From an uncultured Gammaproteobacteria bacterium (GTDB lineage Bacteria > Patescibacteriota > Patescibacteriia > UBA9934), in the NCBI GenBank assembly GCA_964355955.1, contig CAYHFQ010000001.1, positions 39,419 to 103,418 of the forward strand: a DNA stretch of 64,000 nt, read 5' to 3'. Both the position numbers and the translations under genes were made by a program. A model generated the notes under the pieces. The model worked only from the letters and a program-made list of their open reading frames with translations, searched no databases and had not been told where the DNA came from. Positions 29,769 to 37,977 of the stretch are shown here, piece by piece. Within the stretch, counting starts at the first letter, position 1. Every line of letters starts with the position of its first letter.

Positions 29769-30146
29769 CTACATGGCGAACTGGCGACGAGTGAAGATCC
29801 ACATGTCGACGCACGCGCCCGAAGGATTGTTCTCGATGGCCTCGATCTTGAAATCGACCAGTCCTCGAGTGGCAGTGGCGAGAATGCCCAACGCCGCATT
29901 GTGCATGGTGCGTTCCGCAGCCGTGTAGCGCACACGCAGCCTCACCTCACGTCCCACCTGCAAGCGGGTGATGAAGGTACCAAGGCAGAAGTCGCCGAGC
30001 ACTGCGCGGTAGGGTCGCAGATGACGATGCAGAGCAGCACGGTCACGAACGATGGTGACGGAAATAGCCAAGAGAGACTCCGGGTTTGCTGGGAGACGAG
30101 CCAGGGATTGGCACGAGGGGAGCAAAACGTGGCTAAAGTTTGCCAC
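29769..30146 (-). CDS. Hypothetical small protein (GC-rich; strand uncertain)
   Basis: 125-aa ORF between polA and holA on the minus strand. A 132-aa ORF overlaps on the plus strand. Placement is by operon logic only. Confidence 0.25.
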   Translation of the reverse strand: MANFSHVLLPSCQSLARLPANPESLLAISVTIVRDRAALHRHLRPYRAVLGDFCLGTFITRLQVGREVRLRVRYTAAERTMHNAALGILATATRGLVDFKIEAIENNPSGACVDMWIFTRRQFAM

Positions 30147-30292
30147 TAATATACAAAAAAGTCAACTTTAATATCGCTTAGAGTGAGTGAGTTACTTCTA
30201 ACTGCGCGCCGTCAACCGTGCCATCTGACTCACCTCGTGTGACTCGGGAGCTGGCACAGGGCCGGTGCTCGTGTCGGCGTAACTCACTCACT

Positions 30293-32959
30293 CTATGCTA
30301 AATCGCCCCAGTTGGTGCCGGTTTCGACGTCGACGAGGAGAGGGACATCGAGGGTAATGACGGAGGTCATGATTTCCTGAACTTTTTGCGAGACTACGGG
30401 GACGTCGGCCAGGTCAGCTTCCAGGACAAGTTCGTCGTGGACTTGGAGAATTAGTTTGGTGCTGAGGCCGGAGGAAGTGAGCCAATCTTGGACACGACGC
30501 ATGGCGATTTTTATAATGTCGGCTTGCGTGCCTTGGGCTGGCATGTTGATGGCCATTCTTTCCGCCATGGCGACTAACTGGGGCATATTGCCGTTGATTT
30601 CTGGGAGGTAGCGGCGGCGACCGAAGAGCGTTTCTACGTATTCGTCGGCGTGAGCTTTGGCTTTCATGGTGTCGATAAAGTCGCGGATGCCGGGGTGAGC
30701 TTGGAAATAAAGCTCTATAAATCCTTTAGCTTCTTCGAAGCTGACCTTCGATGAACGTGCCAGCGCACGGGCGCCGATGCCGTAGAGAATGCCGAAGTTG
30801 ATGGCTTTGGCGGCGTAACGTTGTTCTTTGGTCACCTCAGATTCTGGAATGCCCCACATTTCCGCGGCGGTGCGTTTGTGAATGTCGGCGTTATCCTGGA
30901 AGGCGGTAATGAAACCGGTGTCCTTGGCGAGCACGGCAGCTAAACGTAATTCAATTTGCGAATAGTCGGCGCTGATGAGGACTCGGCCTGGTGGAGCGAT
31001 GAAGGCTTTGCGGATCTCGCGACCGAGTTCGGAGCGCACTGGAATGTTCTGTAAGTTTGGATTTGATGATGACAAACGGCCCGTGGCAGCGATACATTGA
31101 TTAAATTCGGCGTGAATGCGACCGTCTGCTGCGACGAGAAGAGGAAGGGAATCGGCGTAAGTATTTTTTAGTTTGGCGATTTCGCGGTACTCGCTGATGA
31201 GAGCGACGATGGGGTGCAGAGCAGTAATTTTTTCGAGCTCGGGGGCGGCGGTGGAGAAGCCGCTCTTGGTTTTTTTGATGCCCTTAGTCGGAATGGCTAG
31301 GTCGATGTAGAGAATGTCAGCCAGCTGCGAAGGAGATTGAATGTTGAATTCTTTTCCGGCCGCAGCGTATATCTTGGTGGTGAGACCGGCCAGGGTGATA
31401 GCAAACTTTTTAGATAGTTCTTGGAGGATCGAACTGTCGACGGCGATGCCTGTGTGTTCCATTTGAAAGAGGACGCCGATGAGGGGCATTTCGATTTCGG
31501 CGGAAAGTTTGGTCATGCCGACGTGGGCAAGTTTGGCTTGGAGGGCGGTCGACAAAGTGAGAAGAGTGCTGAGCGTCGAGGCGACGTCGCCCTGTAGCTC
31601 GATGTTGAGCGAATCGCTGACGATATCAGCAAAAGCCATGGCCCGTTCGCCCGAGGAGAGGAGGTAGGCCGCGACCATGGTGTCGAAGCAGGGGCGATTA
31701 AGGGCTGGGGTGACGTCGACGCCGGCTTGGGCGAAAGTGTGCCAGATGGCCTTGAGATCGTGGGCGATGATGAGATTGGCGGTCGATAATAGTTTTACGA
31801 TGTCGGTCATGACGTCGACGCTTGGTGAGTCCGCAATGAAAGTGGTTTTGCCGTCGGTGAGGGCGATGCTTGAGAGACCAGCAGTGCTGAAGAGATCTTG
31901 CTGAGGCTTGTTGGTTAAGAGAATCGCGAGTTTGGTTGAGTTGAGAGTGTTTAGTTCGCCGAGCTTAATAGTTGATTTTTTTGGAGTTGTAATTGTGGCG
32001 GCAGGTACATCAGGGCGGGGGGCGGTGACCCCGCCTATTACGGTTTCGGAGGAAGAGACTACGGGCTCGGACGATGCGGGGAGGTACTTTTTGAGGAGGG
32101 TGTTGAATTCGAGGTCTTGCAGGAGGGGGATGAGGGTGGTGGTGTCGGGTGGTTGAACGGTGGCTTGGTCGAGAGAGAAGTCGGCAAGGGGGACGTCGCG
32201 GACAATGGTGACCAGGCGTTTCATTTGCTTGGCTACTTCGGCTTGGCCGGTGAGCTTTTTGGCGTACTTGGAGGGAACCATGCCAGTGGCGAGATTGGCA
32301 AAAATGCCGTCGACTGTGCCGAATTGTTCGAGGAGTTCGAGGGCGGATTTTTCGCCAATGCCAACTACGCCTGGGAGGTTGTCAGAATGGTCGCCGATGA
32401 GAGTTTTGTAGTCGATGAGTTGATTAGGACGGAGGTGATAGCGGGCAATGACAGCGGCTTCGTCGTACAGAGTTGTTTGCGAGAGGCCTTTGACGAAGAA
32501 GACGACGTGCGTCGTGTCGTCGACCAATTGGAGAGCATCGAGATCGCCAGTGACAATGAGAGTTTTAATGCCTTTGGTTTTGTTGATGGTGGCGATGGTG
32601 CCGAGGATGTCGTCGCCCTCAAAACCGGGGACGGAAAGCGAGGGGAGGTGATAGGCTTTGAGAACTTCCTGAATCATGGGGATTTGGGCGTAGAGTTCAG
32701 GGGCCTTTTTTTCGCGTTGGGATTTATATTCCACGTACTCGTCGTGGCGGAAGGTTTTGCCAGGCAAGTCCCAAGCGACGGCCATATAATCCGGCTTAAG
32801 TTGCGAGAGCATTTTCTCGATGACCATGATAAAGCCGTAAACAGCGTTGACTACGCGGCCATCTTTGGTGGTGAGGGGCGGAATGGCGTGCCAGGCGCGG
32901 TGGAGCAAGGCGTTGCCGTCGAGAATAAGAAAAGTTTTGGCGGAGGCGGATGATGTCAT
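30293..32959 (-). CDS. polA: DNA polymerase I
   Basis: 5'-3' exonuclease N-terminus (…FLILDGNALLHRAWHA…). Pol A motifs (…RRYAAKAINFGILYGIGARALA…, …QVHDELVLE…). The first Met before the exonuclease domain is at 32959; the maximal ORF extends to 33007. Confidence 0.92.
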   Translation of the reverse strand: MTSSASAKTFLILDGNALLHRAWHAIPPLTTKDGRVVNAVYGFIMVIEKMLSQLKPDYMAVAWDLPGKTFRHDEYVEYKSQREKKAPELYAQIPMIQEVLKAYHLPSLSVPGFEGDDILGTIATINKTKGIKTLIVTGDLDALQLVDDTTHVVFFVKGLSQTTLYDEAAVIARYHLRPNQLIDYKTLIGDHSDNLPGVVGIGEKSALELLEQFGTVDGIFANLATGMVPSKYAKKLTGQAEVAKQMKRLVTIVRDVPLADFSLDQATVQPPDTTTLIPLLQDLEFNTLLKKYLPASSEPVVSSSETVIGGVTAPRPDVPAATITTPKKSTIKLGELNTLNSTKLAILLTNKPQQDLFSTAGLSSIALTDGKTTFIADSPSVDVMTDIVKLLSTANLIIAHDLKAIWHTFAQAGVDVTPALNRPCFDTMVAAYLLSSGERAMAFADIVSDSLNIELQGDVASTLSTLLTLSTALQAKLAHVGMTKLSAEIEMPLIGVLFQMEHTGIAVDSSILQELSKKFAITLAGLTTKIYAAAGKEFNIQSPSQLADILYIDLAIPTKGIKKTKSGFSTAAPELEKITALHPIVALISEYREIAKLKNTYADSLPLLVAADGRIHAEFNQCIAATGRLSSSNPNLQNIPVRSELGREIRKAFIAPPGRVLISADYSQIELRLAAVLAKDTGFITAFQDNADIHKRTAAEMWGIPESEVTKEQRYAAKAINFGILYGIGARALARSSKVSFEEAKGFIELYFQAHPGIRDFIDTMKAKAHADEYVETLFGRRRYLPEINGNMPQLVAMAERMAINMPAQGTQADIIKIAMRRVQDWLTSSGLSTKLILQVHDELVLEADLADVPVVSQKVQEIMTSVITLDVPLLVDVETGTNWGDLA
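32010..32040. repeat. Palindromic mini-repeat, copy C (inside polA, in frame)
   Basis: TCAGGGCGGGGGGCGGTGACCCCGCCTATTA. On the minus strand it encodes IGGVTAPRPD in the linker between the 5'-exonuclease and 3'-exonuclease-like domains of Pol I. Confidence 0.8.
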
Positions 32960-33064
32960 AATAGTTGGATTGTACAGGTGGGGGCGATAAAAAAGAAGTG
33001 CGCCCACCCCGAGGTGAGTCGGGAGGGCGCAGGGTGATCTGCGAGGGAATCAGGTGGACGGGGG

Positions 33065-33463
33065 CTAGTCCTCGCCTTCATCGATGACGTGCGCGTCGGG
33101 ATCGCCGAGCGCGACGTCATGAGTCTCTTCCTCCTCCGCCTGGGCGAAGTGCAGCTCGGCGGCAGCCTGGACGCGGGCGTAGAGGTTCTCGTCGTTGATG
33201 GGCGTGAAGGACTCGCCGCCGTCTTCGTCGGCCTCGTAGCGGAAGAGGAAGATCTCCGTGTTCTCGGCGGCGTCGTCCTCGTCGGCTGGCGTCAGGGCGG
33301 CGAACTGGCCCTCACCCTCGAGGTCGACGACTGTCAGGAAGACGAAGTCCTGCTCGTTGCCGTCCGCGTCCTGGAGGGTGACGATGTTGTCGTCATCGCT
33401 GTCGAACTCGTCGTCGAGATCTTCATCGCCGTCGTGATCGAGGCTGGTGGGGTCGATAGGCAT
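33065..33463 (-). CDS. DUF1292-family highly acidic protein
   Basis: …NIVTLQDADGNEQDFVFLTVVDLEGEGQFAALTPADEDD…EIFLFRYEADEDG… matches the DUF1292 pattern (ITLxDEDGNExEFEVL…). Confidence 0.6.
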   Translation of the reverse strand: MPIDPTSLDHDGDEDLDDEFDSDDDNIVTLQDADGNEQDFVFLTVVDLEGEGQFAALTPADEDDAAENTEIFLFRYEADEDGGESFTPINDENLYARVQAAAELHFAQAEEEETHDVALGDPDAHVIDEGED

Positions 33464-33650
33464 GGGGTCATCCTGGTGGTGAGTGCTAAGTGAATCCTAG
33501 CGGCCAGAGCTTACATGATTAACTAGAAAAAGGCTAGGGTTGGGAGTAAAAGAAAAGCGCCGCCCCGACAAGTCGGAGCGGACGCAGATGATCTACGCCG
33601 AGGGCGCGCTGATCAGTGGAGACGCGGTAGGCCGCGGAGGGTTGGCCCGA

Positions 33651-33974
33651 CTAGCCCTGGAGCTCAGTGCCCTGGTCGGTGGTGCCGGTGTCGGTGAGCT
33701 TGAGCTTGGTGTCCGTCGTGCCGTCGTTGGCGTCGGTCGTGGTGCCGTCACCGGTGGTCTCGAGCTCGGTGTCGGCGGTGCCGTCGGTGGACTTGGTCTC
33801 GAGTGCGGGGTCATCACCAGCGGGCTCGCCGACGACCTCGGTGGTCGCCGAGCCGTCGCCGTTGCCGGTCTCAGTGTTGCCGTCGCCGCTCGTGCCCGGG
33901 CCCTCGCCGTCGCCTTCGCCGTCAACGTTGCAATTTCCCTGGAAGCCCAGGAGGAGGATGCTGGTCAGTTTCAT
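33651..33974 (-). CDS. Small secreted Asp/Thr/Gly-rich low-complexity protein
   Basis: N-terminal signal MKLTSILLLGFQG. The region is extremely GC-rich, with long ORFs in several frames, so coding status is uncertain. Confidence 0.3.
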   Translation of the reverse strand: MKLTSILLLGFQGNCNVDGEGDGEGPGTSGDGNTETGNGDGSATTEVVGEPAGDDPALETKSTDGTADTELETTGDGTTTDANDGTTDTKLKLTDTGTTDQGTELQG

Positions 33975-34113
33975 TTGTCTTGGCCCTTTCTTTTTTGTCT
34001 TTTTGGTCGGTTGATGCCCGAGAGAACCTCTGGCGGGGGGAATGGTACAACATTAGCAAAAAAATGTCCAGCCCGACCCCTTTGAGGGCCTGGCTGGACG
34101 AGGGGGACGCCGG

Positions 34114-35088
34114 CTAGAAGGTGCGATCGTCGAGGCTGGGCGGCGCACGGAGAGGCGTGGAAGGCGGCGAGCAAGGGCTCGAATAACTGCCCGGCTGGTG
34201 GTGCTTGGGACGCATTGACCTCTTGCCTGAAGGAGAGGCCAAAGCAGAGCGGGTGATTGACCCCGCATCCAGGTGCAGGTCGCGACGCAAGGTGATGGTG
34301 ATGCGGCGCTTGTCCTGCAAGCCAATCCGGTCCACCCCGGGGACTTCGAGAACACGATCGGGGCCCATGTTGACCATGAACTGAGGGTGTTCCTGCCCGT
34401 GAGCGTCGTAGTACCGAATTCCCTGGTCGGCCAATACCGCCATGAGAGGTTCCTTCTGCTGCCAGCCACGGATCAGGAGTTCGCCGGGCTGACGGGCTCG
34501 GCCTTCGTCTGGCTGGATGAGAGGCCGACCATTGCGAGCTCGATCCAGGAAGACGTCGATGGCGATGACGTGGAAGCGGTCGCCTGCCATGATGGCGAGG
34601 TGGCCGTGACCAGCGTAGAAGGCGGAGAATTCGCCAGGGATGAGGATGACACGTTGCTTTACGCCCTTCAAATTGTTGACGTAGAGCAAGCCGCTCGTCT
34701 GGAAGGAGCGATCGGCCTGGGCACTGGTGCCGTAGTGGCTACCGGGCACTGGGAGTAACTTGTAGAGCAAGCTGGCCTCCAGGTCGGCAATCGACTCCGG
34801 CAGAGCCTCGTGACCGGCCTGGATGGTGACCAGGTAGAAGCGCTTGAGAGCTCGCTTACCGAGATGAATGCCTTCGCAGCGCTCGGTGTAGCCGTCATTC
34901 ACGGGAACACTCGCCGCATCGGTCGAGTAGATGACTCCGCCATCGTGGTGAATGGCGAAGCGGGTGAGGACGTCAGGCCTGATGAGCCGGCTTGGGTCAA
35001 CACGATGTTTACGATAGTGCTCCTCTTGATCCTGCTGGCGACACAGCATGTCAAAAAGATCGAAAAGATGAATTTTCTGCAAATCCAT
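34114..35088 (-). CDS. Hypothetical protein, possibly a divergent calcineurin-like metallophosphoesterase
   Basis: Ordered His/Asp-containing motifs (IHHDGG … AGHE … AGHGH … IRGW … AHGQEH) loosely follow metallophosphatase motif order. Very GC-rich. The C-terminal 40 aa look like read-through. Confidence 0.35.
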   Translation of the reverse strand: MDLQKIHLFDLFDMLCRQQDQEEHYRKHRVDPSRLIRPDVLTRFAIHHDGGVIYSTDAASVPVNDGYTERCEGIHLGKRALKRFYLVTIQAGHEALPESIADLEASLLYKLLPVPGSHYGTSAQADRSFQTSGLLYVNNLKGVKQRVILIPGEFSAFYAGHGHLAIMAGDRFHVIAIDVFLDRARNGRPLIQPDEGRARQPGELLIRGWQQKEPLMAVLADQGIRYYDAHGQEHPQFMVNMGPDRVLEVPGVDRIGLQDKRRITITLRRDLHLDAGSITRSALASPSGKRSMRPKHHQPGSYSSPCSPPSTPLRAPPSLDDRTF

Positions 35089-35397
35089 GAGCTTGTACCT
35101 GGGGTGGAGGGTTGTATTCGTTACCGGCTCAAAATGATACCGACGACGGACTAAGCTAATGTGCCTGAGATTAGAGGCTTAGTCAATAATTTTGTGGCCT
35201 TGGGTTTGCTATTTATGCAAAATTACGCTATATTTTTGGCGGGAAATGCATAGTAGCAGCCTGAGGACTTTCAGATTTGAGACTAGTTTCGATGAACGTC
35301 GAGCAAAGCTCCTGAGGCGTATAGTAGTCTATACGGTGAAGGAGTTTGCGATGACGTGAGTCGAAAATAGGCCAAATATGGAAGGCCGAGTAAACGA

Positions 35398-35474
35398 GCT
35401 CCGATAGCTCAGTTGGATAGAGCAGGGGACTTCTAAGCCCAAGGTCGATGGTTCGATTCCATCTCGGAGCACCA
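35398..35474 (+). tRNA. tRNA-Arg (anticodon TCT)
   Basis: Acceptor GCTCCGA/TCGGAGC. D-arm GCTC-AGTTGGATA-GAGC. Anticodon loop CTTCTAA. T-arm GATGG-TTCGATT-CCATC. CCA is encoded. Two mismatches in the anticodon stem. Confidence 0.75.
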
Positions 35475-35477
35475 AAA

Positions 35478-35516
35478 ACACCTCGTCAATGTGACGGGGT
35501 GGTTTTGTTTTTGACT
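35478..35516 (+). terminator. Rho-independent terminator after tRNA-Arg(TCT)
   Basis: ACCTCGTCAatgTGACGGGGT followed by GGTTTTGTTTTTG. Confidence 0.55.
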
Positions 35517-35586
35517 TTTTCTGTTGTTTTAGCTATATTTTTGTGGTCTTGGCCAAATTACTGGAAGATATACACATGGAGTCAAC

Positions 35587-35874
35587 ATGGAAGAAAAGAG
35601 CCAGGTGAAAGAGTTGCTCGGCGACATCATGTTCGTGGTGGTGGGAATGGGAGTACTACTTGCCGCGTTGGTCGACATACCAATATTCCCGTACTGGCAG
35701 CCTGCTTTCAAATGGCTGTGTCTTCTAGTGTCACTGGTAATGATGGTGATTGTTCTTGTGCGGTTCCATAAAAAGCGCGCAATGGGGCTACCACTTTCAC
35801 CGTGGACATTTCTTTTGTACTGGGTCGGACAAGCGCTGTGTATTTTCGGCATGATGATACACCTCTGGGACTGA
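35587..35874 (+). CDS. Small hypothetical membrane protein (3 predicted TM)
   Basis: 95-aa ORF with three hydrophobic stretches. AT-rich. Confidence 0.35.
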   Translation: MEEKSQVKELLGDIMFVVVGMGVLLAALVDIPIFPYWQPAFKWLCLLVSLVMMVIVLVRFHKKRAMGLPLSPWTFLLYWVGQALCIFGMMIHLWD

Positions 35875-36006
35875 CTGCCCGACTCGGCGACGAATTTCTG
35901 CCCCTGCTGACCTCGGTCGGTGGGGGCGTCCTCTTTTTTATCGATTAATGGCTGGTGGCTTGCTAATTTAATGGTTTTCGGTTATTATTTTCCCGCAAAC
36001 GAGCAT

Positions 36007-36082
36007 GGTGCCTATAGCACAGTGGTTAGTGCACCGGGTTGTGGTCCCGGCTACGAGGGTCCGATTCCCTCTAGGCACCCCA
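36007..36082 (+). tRNA. tRNA-His (anticodon GTG) with an encoded G-1
   Basis: Acceptor GTGCCTA/TAGGCAC with an extra 5' G pairing with discriminator C73. Anticodon stem-loop CCGGG-TTGTGGT-CCCGG. T-arm GAGGG-TCCGATT-CCCTC. CCA is encoded. Confidence 0.85.
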
Positions 36083-36089
36083 GCAGAGA

Positions 36090-36118
36090 ACCCTCCGTAA
36101 TTGGAGGGTTTTTGCTTT
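36090..36118 (+). terminator. Rho-independent terminator after tRNA-His
   Basis: GAACCCTCCgtaattGGAGGGTTTTTGC. Confidence 0.65.
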
Positions 36119-36155
36119 AGCTAGAACTTCCTCGATGATCGCAAATGTGATAGTT

Positions 36156-36941
36156 CTAGGATTTAAATGAATACGGCTGGCCCTGGTTGAACAGGGTGTT
36201 AAAGGTGGCTTTGAAGGAGTCCGCGATGCCGGGGTGAGTGATGGTGACGACCAAGTTGGTTTGCGGGAAGAGATATGCGAGGGTGGAGCCGTACATGATG
36301 GTGAGGCCTTGGAAGGGTAAGGCGGATTCGGGATAGGTGCGGACGCTAATTTGGCGCTGTTGGAGTAAGGCGAGGTTGATGGGCGAAATGAGGGTGTTGG
36401 GGATTTGGGTGGCTTCAGCAGTGAGGATGAGTTTGGTGGCGATTTTACGGGCGATGATTTTAGAGAAAAAATTGTTTGTCTCCGTGTTGCTTAAGAGAGT
36501 CAGCTCGCTGTTTAAAGCTGTGGCGCCTTCAATGACGTAGAAAGTTGAACCTTCCGGGAGGGAAGAGATTTCATCGTAAACTTTGAAGTAGCCGGCGCGA
36601 GATTCGCTGACTTGGACGCGGGGCGCTTCAACTTCAATTTTTTGGAGGACTTCCAACTGCGGCACGAGGCTTTTAAAGTCCGTGGTTAGGCGGTCAAAGC
36701 GGGCAGCGAGTGTGGCTGGCGGCGTGGCGGTGTAAAGGAGGGTGCGGCCGTGGTTAGATTCGACGACGAGTTCTTTGGCGAGGAGCTTTTTGAGGTGAAA
36801 ATGCGTAGCGGTGCGGTTTTTTTTGATTTTGCTAGCAATATCAGAGACGCCAGCTGTGCCCAGTTTGAGTAAAGCGAGGTAAATGTCGGCTTCGTCAGCG
36901 GTGACGGAGAAGTAACTTAGGAGTTCTTTGGGATTGGTCAT
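36156..36941 (-). CDS. TrmB-family transcriptional regulator (copy 1)
   Basis: N-terminal wHTH (…SVTADEADIYLALLKLGTAGVSDIASKIKKNRTATHFHLKKLLAKELV…) plus a TrmB-like C-terminal domain. The first ATG is at 36941; the maximal ORF starts at a TTG at 36977. Confidence 0.65.
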   Translation of the reverse strand: MTNPKELLSYFSVTADEADIYLALLKLGTAGVSDIASKIKKNRTATHFHLKKLLAKELVVESNHGRTLLYTATPPATLAARFDRLTTDFKSLVPQLEVLQKIEVEAPRVQVSESRAGYFKVYDEISSLPEGSTFYVIEGATALNSELTLLSNTETNNFFSKIIARKIATKLILTAEATQIPNTLISPINLALLQQRQISVRTYPESALPFQGLTIMYGSTLAYLFPQTNLVVTITHPGIADSFKATFNTLFNQGQPYSFKS

Positions 36942-37067
36942 ATGGGTTATATTAGACTGAAACTGGCATTTTGTCAACTATTTTAATCATCAAATTATAC
37001 CTTATTTATTGAATAATCTAGTTATTTATAAACTTATGCACATTATTGTTGACGAAAGAGGTAAAAA

Positions 37068-37850
37068 ATGGTATTGTATGTAGTCGAGCAGGGAATGGCC
37101 CGGTTCGACAAACAACCACAAGACACGGAGACTACCATGCGAATCCTCATCATCGACGACACCCCCGCCAACCTCAAGGCCGCCGAACAGACCCTCGCTG
37201 GCCACCAGCTGACGTTGGTTGGTAGCTACGACGATGCATACAAGCTGCTCGAGGAGCCTTCTGCCGACTACAAGGAAGTGGAGGCAGAGTTGAAGAGACT
37301 CGGCTACAACCGGCGTCCTGACCTCAGCCAGGAAGAAAAAAACGCCTTCCAAAAGGAGCAGGCGCGGCTTGAGAAGGAGCTGCGACCGGCTGGGAACTTC
37401 GATGTCGTGTTGTGCGACATGATGATGCCAGCTGGTAAGCGAATCCAGGTGTCGAATGACCTGGTCGGGCAGTTGATGCCGGTCGGCTTTGCCTTGGTAC
37501 TCGACGCCGTGTTGCATGGCGCCAAATACGTCGGCATGCTGACCGACGGCGACCACCACAACCACCCTGCGGTCGCCTGGATTGATCGCCTGTCCAGCTA
37601 TCACGGATGGAGTGATGATCCGTACAAGTGCCCGGCACGCTTCATCGTGAACGGAGCGACGGTCGGGTACTTCCGCGGTCAAAATACCTTCCTGGTGGAG
37701 GGAGAAACGTGCGAAAAATGCAAAGGCACTCGGATTGATGACAACAGTGAGTTTGCAGGGCCGCCAGTTTGCTACGCCTGCACCGCCGATGGCAAGGTTC
37801 GTGCGAAGGATTGGGGGAAGGTACTCAAGCGGCTGCTCGGCGAAGGGTAG
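37068..37850 (+). CDS. Atypical CheY-like receiver-domain protein with a C-terminal Cys4 zinc-ribbon-like region
   Basis: MRILIIDDTPANLKAAEQ… (DD pair), DVVLCDMMMP (phospho-acceptor Asp context), and a C-terminal CEKCKG…CYAC. GC-rich. RBS AAGAGG lies before 37068. There is no output domain of known type. Confidence 0.55.
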   Translation: MVLYVVEQGMARFDKQPQDTETTMRILIIDDTPANLKAAEQTLAGHQLTLVGSYDDAYKLLEEPSADYKEVEAELKRLGYNRRPDLSQEEKNAFQKEQARLEKELRPAGNFDVVLCDMMMPAGKRIQVSNDLVGQLMPVGFALVLDAVLHGAKYVGMLTDGDHHNHPAVAWIDRLSSYHGWSDDPYKCPARFIVNGATVGYFRGQNTFLVEGETCEKCKGTRIDDNSEFAGPPVCYACTADGKVRAKDWGKVLKRLLGEG

Positions 37851-37977
37851 AGGCAAACAATACATTAACAACTTTCCTTGGCGTGAGTAGCACTCGCTCG
37901 CGCCCAGCATCGAGACGCCGAGCTGTTCGGCGGATCGACACTGATAACAATGCAACCAACGAACTACGGAGTCAGCC

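Noticed and set aside
29751-30149. PilZ-domain assignment for the 125-aa or 132-aa ORFs between holA and polA
   Set aside because: The RxxxR and DxSxxG spacing does not fit on either strand, so the call is left as hypothetical.
32117-32953. 278-aa plus-strand ORF
   Set aside because: It is antisense to the well-supported polA gene, with no motifs. The region is moderately GC-rich, which favours long spurious ORFs.
33540-34758. Several overlapping plus-strand ORFs (181, 115, 104 and 161 aa) in the 65%+ GC segment
   Set aside because: They mutually overlap in different frames and have low-complexity, Arg/Ala/Gly-rich translations. The minus-strand DUF1292-like and neighbouring calls were kept instead, with low confidence.
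35920-36120. 66-aa plus-strand ORF
   Set aside because: It overlaps tRNA-His(GTG) and its terminator hairpin.
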